DNA of 64,000 nucleotides, from the NCBI RefSeq assembly GCF_009914755.1, contig NC_060935.1. One strand, written 5' to 3'. The notes under the pieces were generated by a model. It was not told the origin of the DNA. It saw only the letters and a program-made list of their open reading frames with translations, and searched no databases. The position numbers were made by a program, and so were the translations under genes. Shown in pieces: positions 39,578-54,120 of this stretch. Source of the stretch: the human T2T-CHM13v2.0 reference genome, Homo sapiens. Every line of letters starts with the position of its first letter. The stretch's first letter is position 1.

Positions 39578-42500
39578 GTAACCAGCCCCCACTCGAGGTG
39601 CCGGGAGGGCGTCTCCGAGTCTCCCACGCGAAGAACCCAGTCGCCCCGGGCTCCCCGGGCCCCTGCTGCTCACGGAAGGGGGCAGCTTCTGGGGGCCCGA
39701 GGCTGAGATCCCAGATTGTTGTTTTTAAGCGGGTTCCCTTGCCCCGCTCCAGGTCCAGTTGCCTGCGGGCCGGGCCTCAGCGTCTTGCCGCCCCGCGACC
39801 CACGTTGACTGAAGTTGTGGCCCCGGGGTTTGGGCCCCGGGGTGCTGCGCGCCCGACGCGGGGCTGGCCTTTCCTGAGGGGCGCAGCCATATGGCCAGAC
39901 ACTCCGAGGCGCGCCCGCGCCCGCGCGCGGGTCTCGCGGCGAGGGAGGGGACGGAAGGGGGTGTCCGGTGCAGCTTTCCCCGGCGCGAGACAAAGGCGCG
40001 CGCACCGGCCCGCCCGACGGGCTCTGGCGCTGTGGACTGGACCCTTTCTGCCCGCCGGCCAGACCCGGCTCTGGCGGGTGGGGGCGACGAAAGGGTCGCA
40101 CCCCAGCCCCAGACGCTCGGATCGCGTTAGCTGCTGCTCCTTCTTTGTTCTCTCCCCAGACAAGTTTCTTTGACAAACTGGAGAGTTACATCCAGCTCCC
40201 GCTTGCCTGTTAGGGCTGCCTTTACAATAATCTGCTTTCGCGGGGAGAAAATTTAAACTTTCCAAATGGAACTGTTTTTTCTTGGAATGTGACATTTGTG
40301 GCAGGAGGGAGAGTGGTACGTTGGCCGATGACAGCCGAGCGGAACGGTGGCCTAGTGCCGGGACAGGGACCGAGCGTGCCCCATAGGCGGCCGGGCTGGA
40401 GGACGCGGCGGCAGAGCAGACGAGCCCTGGCGCGCACCTCTAGGGCCTCCGCTACCTGGACTGCGCTCGCGGCGACGTGTCCAAGTTTCCCCCCTCAGAG
40501 CCCCAGGCCGAGAATCCCGGGTATCTGCGCAAAGCTCCCGCGCCTCGCCCACCCTACTCTTCCTATCTTTACTGATGACTAGGAAGACTTTCCTTTTCCA
40601 TTTTTGTTCGAAGATTTTTGCCTTTTTGGCTTCGGTGTTGGTTTCCTGTCTCCGCGTGGCAAATACCTTTTGGCCGGGCTAGCGTGTGGATCACCTGGAC
40701 TGGGGTTTCAGAGGTGGGCCCTGAGCGTGCGGCCTCCTGAGACGATGCGGTTTGGACCCAACATTTTGTCCCCATGGTCCCTCAGCTCCCTTTCTCTGTG
40801 AGGCCTTGGTTTCCCATTTTCTTCTCCTGAGGCATGTTATGAGAACTGAGTTTTTGTACTGCTTATAGAAGGCCTTGGTGGTGGTGGGGTACGTGGTCTC
40901 GAGAGCCAGTTGTGATACCTCGAAGATGCTTTCGGCTAACCAAAGCAGTAACGTGCTAACCTGCTCACCATAAACGAATTAAACCAGAATAGAGGGCTAT
41001 TAATAGCTACAGTTCCAGAAAATTTCCTTCCTTTTCGGGAAGCAAAAAGTCAAGGCTTGAAATATTAAACAATCATGGCTCCCTGCTTCCAAAACTGGCC
41101 TATGGGTCACTGCCAAACTGGCTAAGATTTCCCCTGGCTGCATACCACTCCTGGGCCCGGGCAGCTGTGGAAGTCAGACCCAGGTTAACGATTAAGGAGC
41201 TCTCTAGATTGCAAGGTCTTAAAGAATCTAGAGCAACTGACATTTACTTCCTAGTAAGGTGCTCTGAGCCTTATAGTGTGTATCTACTTTGAAGGCTCTT
41301 TATGAGAATAATGTGGGAACAGTAGTTTAATATACTTTGAACTGTTAGTAAAGGGTGGAAAAGCACTGATTTGACTAGAATGAAGGAAAACACCGATTCG
41401 ACCAGAATGAAAAGGGTAGGACATAGGTAGAAGGCTTTATACAGGCTCTACTTTTCCTTATGATGGTGGTGGGGGTTGGGGGGAGGGATGAGGATGTTTA
41501 GTTCTTGGAGTGCACTTTTGTTTTTCTGTGATGCATTTTTCAAGATAAATAAGGAAACCTTTGTAAACCTGCAGGTGGATAGGAGAGAAGGTGCTGTACC
41601 TGTAACGCCCCTTTCCCTCCCCCTTCTTTTTAAAATGCACAGAAGTCTTGGTCTTTCAGGTTCTTTGCAGATGATGGAGGATGTAGCATACTAATTTTCC
41701 AAAGGGCATGTGGAGATCAAAGCATTTAAAAATACATCTTTTCACGGAGGCTAATGGAGGATTTTCAGTTTAAATGAGATTTTAAAGTGCTGTCGTTAAG
41801 AAAAACACATGAATGCAGAAATGTGAGTGATTTTATGGGAAAGCACTCCGCTGATCAGACTTGAGAGTGTCTGCCCTGGGCCAGTTAGTCTAGAGGCTGT
41901 TGTGGGTAGAGCTCAGCTTTTCTGATGTCTACCCCTAAGGAAAAGTGTGGACCCAGGGCCTAGGGAAAAGATGGCTGAACTAATTGAAATGAGCAGTCTG
42001 GCTGGTGAGAGTTCTGTTGAAAGGTATAGCCTCTAGGTATCAGTGCTGCATTTCTTCATAGTAATTTGTGAAAATGCTTTGAAAATGATAAAACAAAGAC
42101 TTTTGAAAAAAATAATTAATGACATGAAATGGGAATTGCTAGTGAAAATTGTAAAAGTTTGATTTTTCAGGCCAATAAATTAAAAAGAAGTAACTTTATA
42201 GGACCTGCTAATATTTCTGATATATAAAATTCCCCCAAAGTAACCTTTTCTATTTTCTTTTCTTTTTGGCGGGGTTGGAGGGGGGGGGTGCGGTGTGTGG
42301 CTATCTGCATTTTAAATGCATGAGGAAGCTCAGGTCAGAAAATTCTGCAGTGTTTTGAATAATTTTTCTCCTATTTTTCATTAATTTTGGCAGGTTCTTA
42401 TGACTCAGAATTTAGTAGGTAATAAAATCCTCGAAAAGCAAGGGGTAGTGTGGAGGTCAAGTAAAGGGAGATATTTGATTACAAGGTTTGTTGGAAATAG

Positions 42501-43046
42501 TCTGAGGTTGTTGTGGTTTTATGTTTTGTTTTGTTTTTTTGTTTGCCTAGTGATTTTTTTAAAGTTAATTTTGTTGGCTTGGCTTTGTTTTGTCTTGAAG
42601 GAGAGGTACAATGTAAATCTTGGCCATTGTGGGTAGGGCAGTCCTCTACTTTTGCTGGAAGGAAGCCACTCCTGCTCTTGGTTTATGTGTTGGCATCAAG
42701 CTGAGTTCTACTTTAACTTGTGAGGCCCTTGGATCTGCTCTCACGGCCAGGCCTTGTGTAACCTTAGGGTATATTCATTTTGGACACTCAGGACAGGACT
42801 CCTGGACTCCTAAAGGGGCTCACACATCAGGCATTTTCCCCCCATCTTTTAGGAGAGAGTAGGAGAGTAGCTCTAAGGTGTTGGAAATGTATCCCTGTTA
42901 AGATACTGAAGAATTAGATTTAAGTTTTCAAAAACTGTCGTTCTATGGTGTGTGTTTAAACCTGTGTTTGAGACCTCACTGGCCAATATTGCAGCTATAT
43001 ACCTCTATTTTTTCATTTTGTTTTTAAGTAAAATGTCTGCTGTTTA

Positions 43047-44400
43047 CTTTTAACTTTTCGTTTTGAAATGATCATAGCTTCATAGGAAGTTGCAAAAATA
43101 GTAGAGAGGTCCTGTGTACCCTTCACCCAGTTTCCCCCATTGGTAACATCTTACATAACCATAGTACAGTAGCAGAACCAGGAAATTGACATTGGTACAG
43201 TCCACAGAGCATATTCAGATTTCACCAGTTTTACATGCACATGTAAAATTTGTATTTCTATGTGTGTACTTCTATGCATTTTTTCATGTGTAGATTCATG
43301 TAACCGCTACCACAATCAAGGTACAGACTATTTTATTACCCCAATGATCTCCCTTATGCTACACCTCTATAGTTGCACTGGCCCTCTTCTCCCCATCCTC
43401 ACTCTGTTGCTAAATGCTTAGCAACCACTACTCCTGTTCACCATATCTATAATTTTATCATTTTGAGAATGTTACATAAATACAATCATGTAGTATGTGA
43501 GCTTTTGAGATTGGCTTTTCACTCAGCATAATGCCATGGGGATCCATCCAAATTTTTGCATCTCTCAATAGTTTGTTTCTTTTCATTGCTGAGTAGTATT
43601 CCATAATATGGATGTACTATGGTTTGTTTAACCATTCACCTATGGGTTTTTTCCAGTTCATGACTATTTCACATAAAGTTTTTATGAACATTTATATATA
43701 GGTGTTTGTGTGAACATAAGTTTTCATTTCTCTGGCGTAAATGCCCATGATTGTGATTGCTGGATTGTATGGTAAGTGTGTGTTTAGTTTTTTAAGACAT
43801 TGCCAAACTTTTCCAGAGTGGCTGCACCACTCCTATTAGCAATGTATGAGAGATCCAGTTTCTCTGCAACCTCACTAGCATTTGATGTTATCACTATTTT
43901 TTATTTTAGTTGTCCTAATAGGTGTTCTAGTAGGTGCTCTAATCTTACCATGGTTTTAATTTGCATTACCCTAATGGCTGATTATGTTTAATGTCTGTCT
44001 TTTTTATGTGCTTATTTGCTATCCATATATCCTCTTTGGCGAAATAACTATTCATGCCTTTTGCCCATTCCCTAACTGGATTATTTATTTTACTTTAGAG
44101 CTTTAAGAGTTCTTTATATATTCTAGATGCAAGTCCTTAGTCAGATTTGTGGCTTGCACATATATTTTCCCAAGTATGTAGCATGTCTTTTTATGTCCTT
44201 ACCAAGGTCTTTTGCAGATCAAAAGTTTTTTATTTTGATAAAGTCCAGTTGATAGATTCCTTTTTTCTTTAAGGATGGTGCATTTAGTGTCACATCTAAG
44301 AACATTTTGCCTAGACCCATGTCTCAGACATTTTCTGCTGTGTTTTCTTCTAAAAGTTTTATAGTTTTACATTTTATTTTTAAGTTATAGTTCACTTTTG
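43047..44400 (-). mobile_element. Old L1M (L1MC/MD-like) 3' fragment
   Basis: CATAGGAAGTTGCAAAAATAGT...GGAAATTGACATTGGTAC 3'UTR followed by degenerate ORF2-antisense text. Confidence 0.8.
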
Positions 44401-45591
44401 TCTGTCTTAAGAGTTTGTATGTCTTGCTGCTGAGCTTATAAACCATCTATTAGGTCTCGAATATGCACAGATGGACTATCAGGTGTAGTTCCCATTCTGA
44501 AGTGCTCACAGATTAGGGGTGTGGCATGTGGACATTACCATGTGTTACTACTATGATGGGGACACATGTGATGTACTGTGGGTGCTCTGAGGAGAGAGGG
44601 CTCACTTTGGTCCAGGCGGTCAGGGAGGGCTTCCCTGGGCATGCTGCCCAACCATGGTGGGAATAAAATTGGTTTGCTTTTGATCCAGTTTTTAGATCTT
44701 TATTGCCATGAATTCTTTAGAGTGTGTTACTCTGATTCTTGAGCACATGCTGATTGAGTTGGCATAAACTGAGTGGTTGAGGACCTTTTTGAACAGTACA
44801 TGGCATGATAGCTTAAAAGAAGGTGAAAACACAGTACTTAAAACTCAGTAACATAAACAGTATGAATGAAGTTGAATAGATTAAGAGTTATGTATATGTT
44901 AAAATGAAAAAGGAGAGGTAGTATTTTGGATTGAGAACAGGTGTATCCTGGCCCTGCCGCCTCCTTGCTGTGTGACCTCGGAATTGTACGTGCTGAAGCC
45001 TCATGAGTAAAATGGGGAAAATAATAGTTCTTCCCTCATGGAGCTGCATGAGGGCAAAGTGAAGCAATGCGCACAATGCTGGGCACGTTGAAAGCATTCA
45101 ATAAATACCTGCTACCATTATTATTACTAAAACAGCAGAGAAGCAAAACACTTTATAATGTTACGTAAATTCGCATGTATCCGTCTTCTTTGAGAACCTG
45201 GAACCCCTGTTCTTACTCATGGAAGTGTTCCTTTTCACAGTTGGGAGCGCTGTGAATACTACTTAGTGAATGAGATAGAAGCTAGGATGCCCTATTCACA
45301 ATCTATTACTATCTATAAAATAAACCTTTCTTTGCTTCTATAAAAGTATGATTTCTGATGAAAGAATGATTTCCTCTGTGCCCTTGAGCACAGGAGGCAG
45401 GAGGAGGTGGGTCTGCATTCAGAAGGCTAGTTCAGAGTTTATGGTGCTTGGTACTGTAGGTGCAGTAAGTCAGGGCTGATGTCACCAGGCCGTGTCTCAA
45501 ATTTCATAACTGGCAGCTCTGTTTCCTTCTTGATGACCAAGTTGTTTACTTCTCAGAGGAAATTAATTGGATCTTAGATGTACAATTCCAG

Positions 45592-45786
45592 GACAGTTGT
45601 TCTCAAATGTGATTGAGCATCAGAATACCCCAGAGGGTTTATTGAAACATGGATTGCTGGGCCGCACCCCTAGAGTTTCTGTTTCCTTGGTTGATTGAGG
45701 ATAGGGCCTAAGACTTTGCATTTCTAACACGTTTCCAAGCAATGCTGATGCTGCTGGTACTGGAAACACATGTTAAGAATGACCAT
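45592..45786. mobile_element. MER5A
   Basis: CAGTTGTTCTCAAA...CCCTAGAGTTTCTG...TTTGCATTTCTAAC...GCTGATGCTGCTGGT. Confidence 0.75.
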
Positions 45787-46571
45787 TTTAAAACATAGCC
45801 CCTTTAAATTGGGCCTGGACTGAGATGCTTACCCTTTGGAATGGAGTTTGTTCATCTATAAGTAATTGAGTTTGAAACAGATCTATTTCTAAGGTTATTA
45901 GTTGATATAGCTATATTTCTTCCTCTAATCACTCTTCTTTTGTGCCTCACTTTCCTGACCATGACTTTTTCTTCTATCATTTGTCTCTCACTCCTTGGAA
46001 GACATGCCACAACTGGGTATATGGCTACCATATTGCCTTGGTAAATCACTTAGGCTCTATAAAGTAAGTGTATTTACTAAATATTTATCTTCTAAGGTTA
46101 TTGTGTGGCTTAAATGACATAGTGAATGTGAAAGAGCTTCATAAGAAGTGAAATTTTGTGTAAAATAGTTTTCTTAAAATTATTTTCTGCATCATCAGTA
46201 TCTTTTTGGAGCAGTGTCTCTGACTGACGGTAAGTTTCATTGCTACTTGGGGGACTTGGTAACGATTGCATAGACATATGCAGGGACCATGGACATACTC
46301 AGGGACATCATGAAGAAGGTTCCTGCAGTGGATGGATGGTTAAGCTAGGGTCTGAGTGCCTTCCAAATGGAAATGTTTTGGAGGCTGATTGATAAATAGT
46401 TGTAGTAAGGACCAAAGGAGAGCCCAGTGCTGGAAAATTGCTTGAGCAGATGTTGAAATATTAGAGATTCAGCTTCCTCAGAGTAGAGAAATATAACTCT
46501 GTGACTTTTTTTTTTTCTAGCAGTTTAGGACAGATGTGATCTGGCCCACATCTATTTTTTTAAAGTTCTAG

Positions 46572-46733
46572 ACCTATGCTGTCTGTAGTAACCACTAGTC
46601 ACTTGTGGCTATTTAAATTAATGAAAATTAAACGAAATGAAAAATTCAGGACCTCAGTCACACTAGCCACAGTTCAAGTGCTTAATAGCCATTTCCATCA
46701 CTGCAGCAATTTCTGTTGAGGAGTGTTGTTCTA
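46572..46733. mobile_element. MER3/MER33-like hAT-Charlie element
   Basis: CACTAGTCACTTGTGGCTATTTAAATT...CTCAGTCACACTAGCCACAGTTCAAGTGCTTAATAGCCA. Confidence 0.7.
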
Positions 46734-49674
46734 TAGTGAGATTGGCTCTGTTGTCTGATGGCAACACCACTGGGCTTCAGATGATAAGACAGGGACACAT
46801 TTTTGAATGAAATGTACCACATCTCCCTTGGAGGGCTGGTATGAACTGATTGGGAATGCTCTATTCACTTGAACCCCATTTTACCACTTCTGTTTTGGAG
46901 GCTCATTCCATTTGAAAGCTGGGTCAGCATGGCAACTGGGTTATGCTGGCGGCAAAGCTTACCAGGCCATTATCAGGAGATGTCTGCTGTTTCTAGGGAT
47001 GTTCCACTCATGGGATTCTTCCAGGGATCTGGTCCTTGAGAGAAGCAAATAGAAATGCTTGGGTGGAATTAGCACGGAAAGGTCCTCCTGAAGAGGACCA
47101 TCAAAGGTCATCCTGAACTTCTCCACCTTGGATCCGTTCCACTGTTGAACCAAGCTTTGTCAATGAGAGGCAGGCAGCTGGCGCTTGTTCATCTCTCCAG
47201 TGTTTGCACATGCTCAGATACCATTCCACACTTCATCATCCTATTGTCTCCTTTGAAAGTGTTCTGTAAACTGTAATAAGGTTCATCTCCTTGCCCACCC
47301 TACATCCAGTCAGTCTTTAGGTCCTGCAGTTGACCTCCAAAATACTTCTTGCATACTTTCCCTTCCTTTGCATGTCTCTACAGCTAAACCAGTTTAAGGG
47401 CTAATTACCTGTTTCCTGGACTATTGTGATAGCCACTCACATAACAGGTCTTCCCACTTCTGTTTTCTTGCACCTCTTCTGACCTACTCTGTCCTTCCTT
47501 CTTTCCCTGCTTCCTCCCACCTTTCCTCCACCCTTCTCAGAATAGGCCCAGCAAGACAGGGATGATAGATATCTTGTCTTCCAAGCTTGCTTTGCTTTCT
47601 CTTTGTGAGGTAGGGCTCTGCACACGCCCTGTGGCCACGTGCCAGGGAGGAAGGAGGCATCTCACATTCAGCTGCTGCTTCTCAGCTGTGAGGGCTGCTC
47701 TGGGTGGTATGACCCAGGAATGTGACCCCTGACAGCAGGTGTGAAGCAGGCCTTTTCCTTTCTGACACGGGTGGTGTTCTGGAGGGCTCTGAGAACCAAG
47801 TGTTTTGTGAGCAAGCCTCCTCTATCTGCTGGTCTTGGGAAAAGTAGAGAATATGAAATCCTCTGGTAAGGCCCTGTTTCCTGAGGGACTGGCTCCTAAA
47901 TATCACTGCAGTTATAGGTTGATTACTCATCCTGGTGATGTGGGAAAGGTTGGAACATAGAAGAAGGGCAGACAAAGAGATTAGGAAATGTGCTTTTTAT
48001 GGAAATTACTGGATGCAGCACTCAGTGCATATCATTAAATTCATTGCAGAAAAACACATGTAAAACCAATCTAGCTTCTTGAAAAGAGAAATGGTCTAAT
48101 GGTCTTTTTATCTAAAAGAGCAAAGAAAATGCCTTCTGAAATCACAGTAAGCTTCAATTAAGACACCTGGGAAAGTAATTTTAAAAGCATCACACAACCA
48201 TTTATACAAACATTGAAGATAATGGCGGTGTCAGGTTTGTTTAAACTAGTAGGTTTGTTAAAGGACATAATCCTGTCAGGCTTATCTTCCCGTGGTATTG
48301 ACTGGCCTGGCAGATCAAAAATGAGTGGTAAGTGGCATAAAAATGGTGAATAAATATACCTTAGCTGACTTTTAGAGTTGATCCTGTATGATAGTCATCA
48401 AAAAACTGAAGAATAGAGTCTAAAAAGTCTACTTTGAGATATATATTAGCTTAACCCTGAGTTGAGGCATTACATTTCCCCAAATTCTAACATTTCTTAC
48501 TTTCAAATTTCTCCAAAATAAATTCCAGGAGTTTGGAGAAAAAAATTGAAATAAAGACAAATATTTACATTTTAATGACATTTATTAAGTGACTAAAATA
48601 ACTTTATTAGTTTAGGAACAAAAAATGGGTTATGTGTAATTGTTTGTTCATAAAATAAAATACTGAATTTCTTGTATTAAATTTAGTAATTTATTTAGGC
48701 AGTAGTCACAATTATGCTAATTGAATTTACTTTGAATATTTTCAATTTCTCTTATAGAAGAGACATTAGGGAGCATGACATTTCTTATTTTGGACAGAAT
48801 ATAAATTAGGCAGAAATTTGGATACAGAATCACTCACTCCTTAAATATCTGTTGAGTGAATAACTCTGCTTTGTACAAGTCAATACTGAGGTGGAGAATT
48901 TGATGGGGTTACAATAAAAGGATATATAGTTCATCCATCTGATATTTGAGGGTCTGTCATGTGCCAGGAACTGGGCTAGGTGTGGGATATATATCCTTTG
49001 CTCCCCATGGAATTCATATTCTATAAAAGGAATGTAATGTATTAAGATGTTAGAAAACAAAAGACAAATGAACTGGGTTCGTTCTGCTCTAAGAAGAGAA
49101 GAAAGGATTCATAACTGTCTTTCAAGTATTTATTTTATTTTCACTTTGAAATGAGCTTAAATCACAGATATCATGACTTCTACAAGCTTAGAAGAGTTCT
49201 CTCCTGGGGAGGGTGGATAAATACAGATTAGGAGGATATGGAGGGCAAAGAGGCAACCAAAGAATTAATAGAAGTGTGGGGGTATCTTACTAGAAATCTG
49301 CTTAAATTGAGAAAATATGATGTAATGTCCTGCCTGATGGTGGGAAGAGGACCCTAATAGGCTAACTGTGGTGTGCCCTTTGGATATCTTTTTTTGATTT
49401 CAGTAATTATCTATGGAGCTTAATGGTTAAGACTCCAGAACTGGAAACCTGTATTCACACCCAAACTGTGCCACTCACTAGCTTTATAATCTTGGCTAAA
49501 TTACTTAACCTCTCTGTCAAGTAGAATTTCCTCATGTGATATATAGGGATCTTAATTACACCTACCTCAAAAAATTGTTAGGAGAAATACATGCTAGGTA
49601 TAAGAGCAATATCTGACACATTGGAAGAGTTAAGTGTTAGTTATCATGGTTGTTGCAGTTACTATTGCAACATT

Positions 49675-50147
49675 TTATTATGCTTATAGATTCTATGGGT
49701 CTGGACTTCAGGCAAGGCACTGTAGGATGCCCTGTCTCTGCTCCATCATTCCTGGGACTTCTGGGGCAAGAAGACTGAGAGCGCATGAGTGGTTTGTGAC
49801 TGGATTCACATGTCTGGCACCTGGGCTGGGATGACTTGAAGGCTAGGTCTGCAGACCAGAGTGTCAACAAGTTGCCTTTCCACATGGCTTGGCTTCCTTA
49901 TAGGATCGGGCTAGTTAGAATCTTATATGGTGGCTTAGGGTTCCAGGTGTGAGTATTCCCAGAAATTGGATGGAAACTGCATTGCCTTTTATGATTTAAT
50001 TTTGGAAGTCACGTAGGGTTACTCCTCTATTTTCTCTTGGCCAAGTGGAAAATAGATATAATTATAAGCCTGCCTAAATTCAAGGATGTAGACCCACCTT
50101 TCCACAGGTGTGTCAAAGAATTTGCAGACATGTATTAAACTGCTACA
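49675..50147 (-). mobile_element. MaLR LTR (MLT1G/H-like)
   Basis: CATGGCTTGGCTTCCT...GTCAAAGAATTTGCAGACATGTATTAAACTGCTACA. Confidence 0.65.
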
Positions 50148-52497
50148 GTCATCATCATTATCATGTTATCATTAGATAAAGTATGAAAAACGTAGCCCAC
50201 AGTAAGTCTTTAACTATTTGGATTACCTGGAAACTGCATTATTCTGAAGATGTGAATTTCTGTATAGTTGAAGGCAAATATTTTTGGTGGTGGTTTTTCT
50301 GTAAGATTGATCCCCTCCCCACTACTTTACCTCCTGCCTTATGTAACATTTTCTTGACGGTTCAGAAAATCATTATGAACATCAGTAATATGATGTGTTG
50401 TTTGAATCAGGAGTGGGGAGAGGCATATAGATAATACAAGTACGCAAGATAGTTTTCTTCCAAGAAGATGCTTTGCTTTCCGTAGTCAAGATTATGATTC
50501 CAAAATAGACAGTAACTGAAGGTACAAAATGATGATAGAATTAGTATAAAATGCATTTATATGCTCTATAAGCAAGAGGTAATGGGTAATACACTTGAAA
50601 GCCCTATTTTCGTAATTTTTTTTTCCCCTTTAAGACATTGTACCGTGAGACCCCTGGGCACTTGTCAGGTAGAACTTGATCAACACCCACAGAATAGGAC
50701 AGAATCTCCAGAAATGTTATATTATGTTCTGGTCACATTGATTTAGACATTTTTTTCAAATAATTATTGTAAATCCATTTTGAGACCCTTGATTTGGAAA
50801 AATTATCCAGTTATCTGTTGCATAGGATACTAAAGAAAATATTACACATTATATACCTTGAAGTGAGGTTGGCCTTTTTAAAAAAAAATTTATCGTTTGA
50901 TTGGCTAGGCCATTAAAAGACTCACCGTTTTGAGGATGAAAATAGGCTTTAAATTGCCATGTATGTTATGATCCTGAAGGAATAGACTTTTTCTGCATTT
51001 TTGGTAGTAAAGAGTTTTTCCTATGTTGTCAGTGAAAGGAACAGATCACTGCAAAGAAGAGATTTGAAGTTCATGTTTTGATCTCTGTCCTATTATATCA
51101 GAGATGAAATGAAAGAAAAATTATGGAACAAATGTGCTAGGGAGAGGAAAATTCTTTTCCTCTTGTTTGTAATGCTCAGTACAGAGGACAAATCCATCAC
51201 TCCCTCCCTCAGTAACTACCCTATTGTCACTGTCTCTGAAGATGGAGCCTCTTAGGCAGCTGAGGGTATTCAGGCTAGTCTAGTTTCTGATACCTTCTCC
51301 AGGGCCACTTAGCCCTTGACTTGCATGCCAAGGTGGCCAGGTAAGGAGACTTTGAAGAACCTTTTGACAATACCATGTAGCCTTTTGTTTTGTTCTTTGA
51401 TAGAACTGGACATTTTAAGCTTATTTTCTGAGTAATGGTGTATTATTGGTCTTCCCTCATCCCAAATTCTTGGAAAGTTGAAAATGTAATTTTAGCATAG
51501 TTTGTTAGCTGAATAGTCTGACCTAAACAAAACTCTAAAAGCTTTCATCTCTTATCTGCCTGAGCATCTTGCTGCTGTTCTATTTTAAAGAGCTCACTGA
51601 TTTGATCATCTCTTGAAAGTGAACTTTACGGGGGTGATTCCTGTTATCTTTTCCTGTCTTCATGAACAGAAACTAAAATTTACCGAGCACTTCCTATGTG
51701 CTTGGAACACTGTTAATAGCCCTTTCTGTTGTCTCAATTAATCTTCGTAACAGCCCTATGTAGTAGGCCCTATTATTATTCTCACTTACTAATAAGGCAA
51801 TGGGTACCAAGAAATTAAACCATTTGTTTATGTTCACATAGCTCATCAACAGCAGAGCCAGGATTCTTACATTGTTTAAAAAGCAGATTTGCCAAACAAA
51901 AACAGAAAGTATGGCATGTCCTTTCTTCCTGCTTGGTGGATATTTTCTCCTCTATCTTTTTTTGTTCTTTAAATCTTTCTAATAGTGTGGTCTTTTGGCT
52001 TGACAACATCATTCTCTTTCCCCTTCAGTCATCATGTCTTAACATCCTTCCCTTTGTCCAGGATCACCTGACTTCCTGCTGGGCAAGTTATTGCAATTTC
52101 TTTTCTCCTCACCTAAAACTAATCTCATGGAGCCTTTTTTTCCCCTAGTGAAATAATCATTGTTGGCTTATATTCCCCTTCATAAGAATTCCTCAAGGAC
52201 CCGAAGGTGCATTCTTGTGCAGGTGTTTTCTGGGTGGGCGTCTAGCTCTCTCCAGATGCATTTTATTTAACCAACAGGGGTCCATTCGCCTGACTAATAG
52301 AGTTCAAGCAGTGCTTTATATCAAAGGGCCTCTTTCAGGTTTCACTGACTTCCAGGGGCCATGGCCATCTTCCTTTGCCTGGGCAGGGAGATAACTCATT
52401 CTCAGTTACAATTGATTGTCAGCATTTTCATCTTAAAATTCTCCTTGACTTTTACATCTTTTGGACTTTCCCCATGGGGGAGGCTGTGTCATTTAGA

Positions 52498-54120
<1,623 letters not shown>

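Larger units (their letters stand above)
39170..40760 (+). promoter_or_regulatory. AMOTL1: CpG island / main AMOTL1 promoter, 5'UTR and start of intron 1
   Basis: Very high GC and CpG density (CGCGCG runs, GC-box-like GGGGAGGGGCGGCGG near 39226), no repeats, and it surrounds the first coding exon. Confidence 0.9.

Noticed and set aside
39529-40173. 214-aa ORF starting at the AMOTL1 ATG
   Set aside because: Only the first 49 nt are exonic. The rest is read-through into GC-rich intron, where stop codons are rare; the R/G/P/A-biased sequence resembles no family I recognise.
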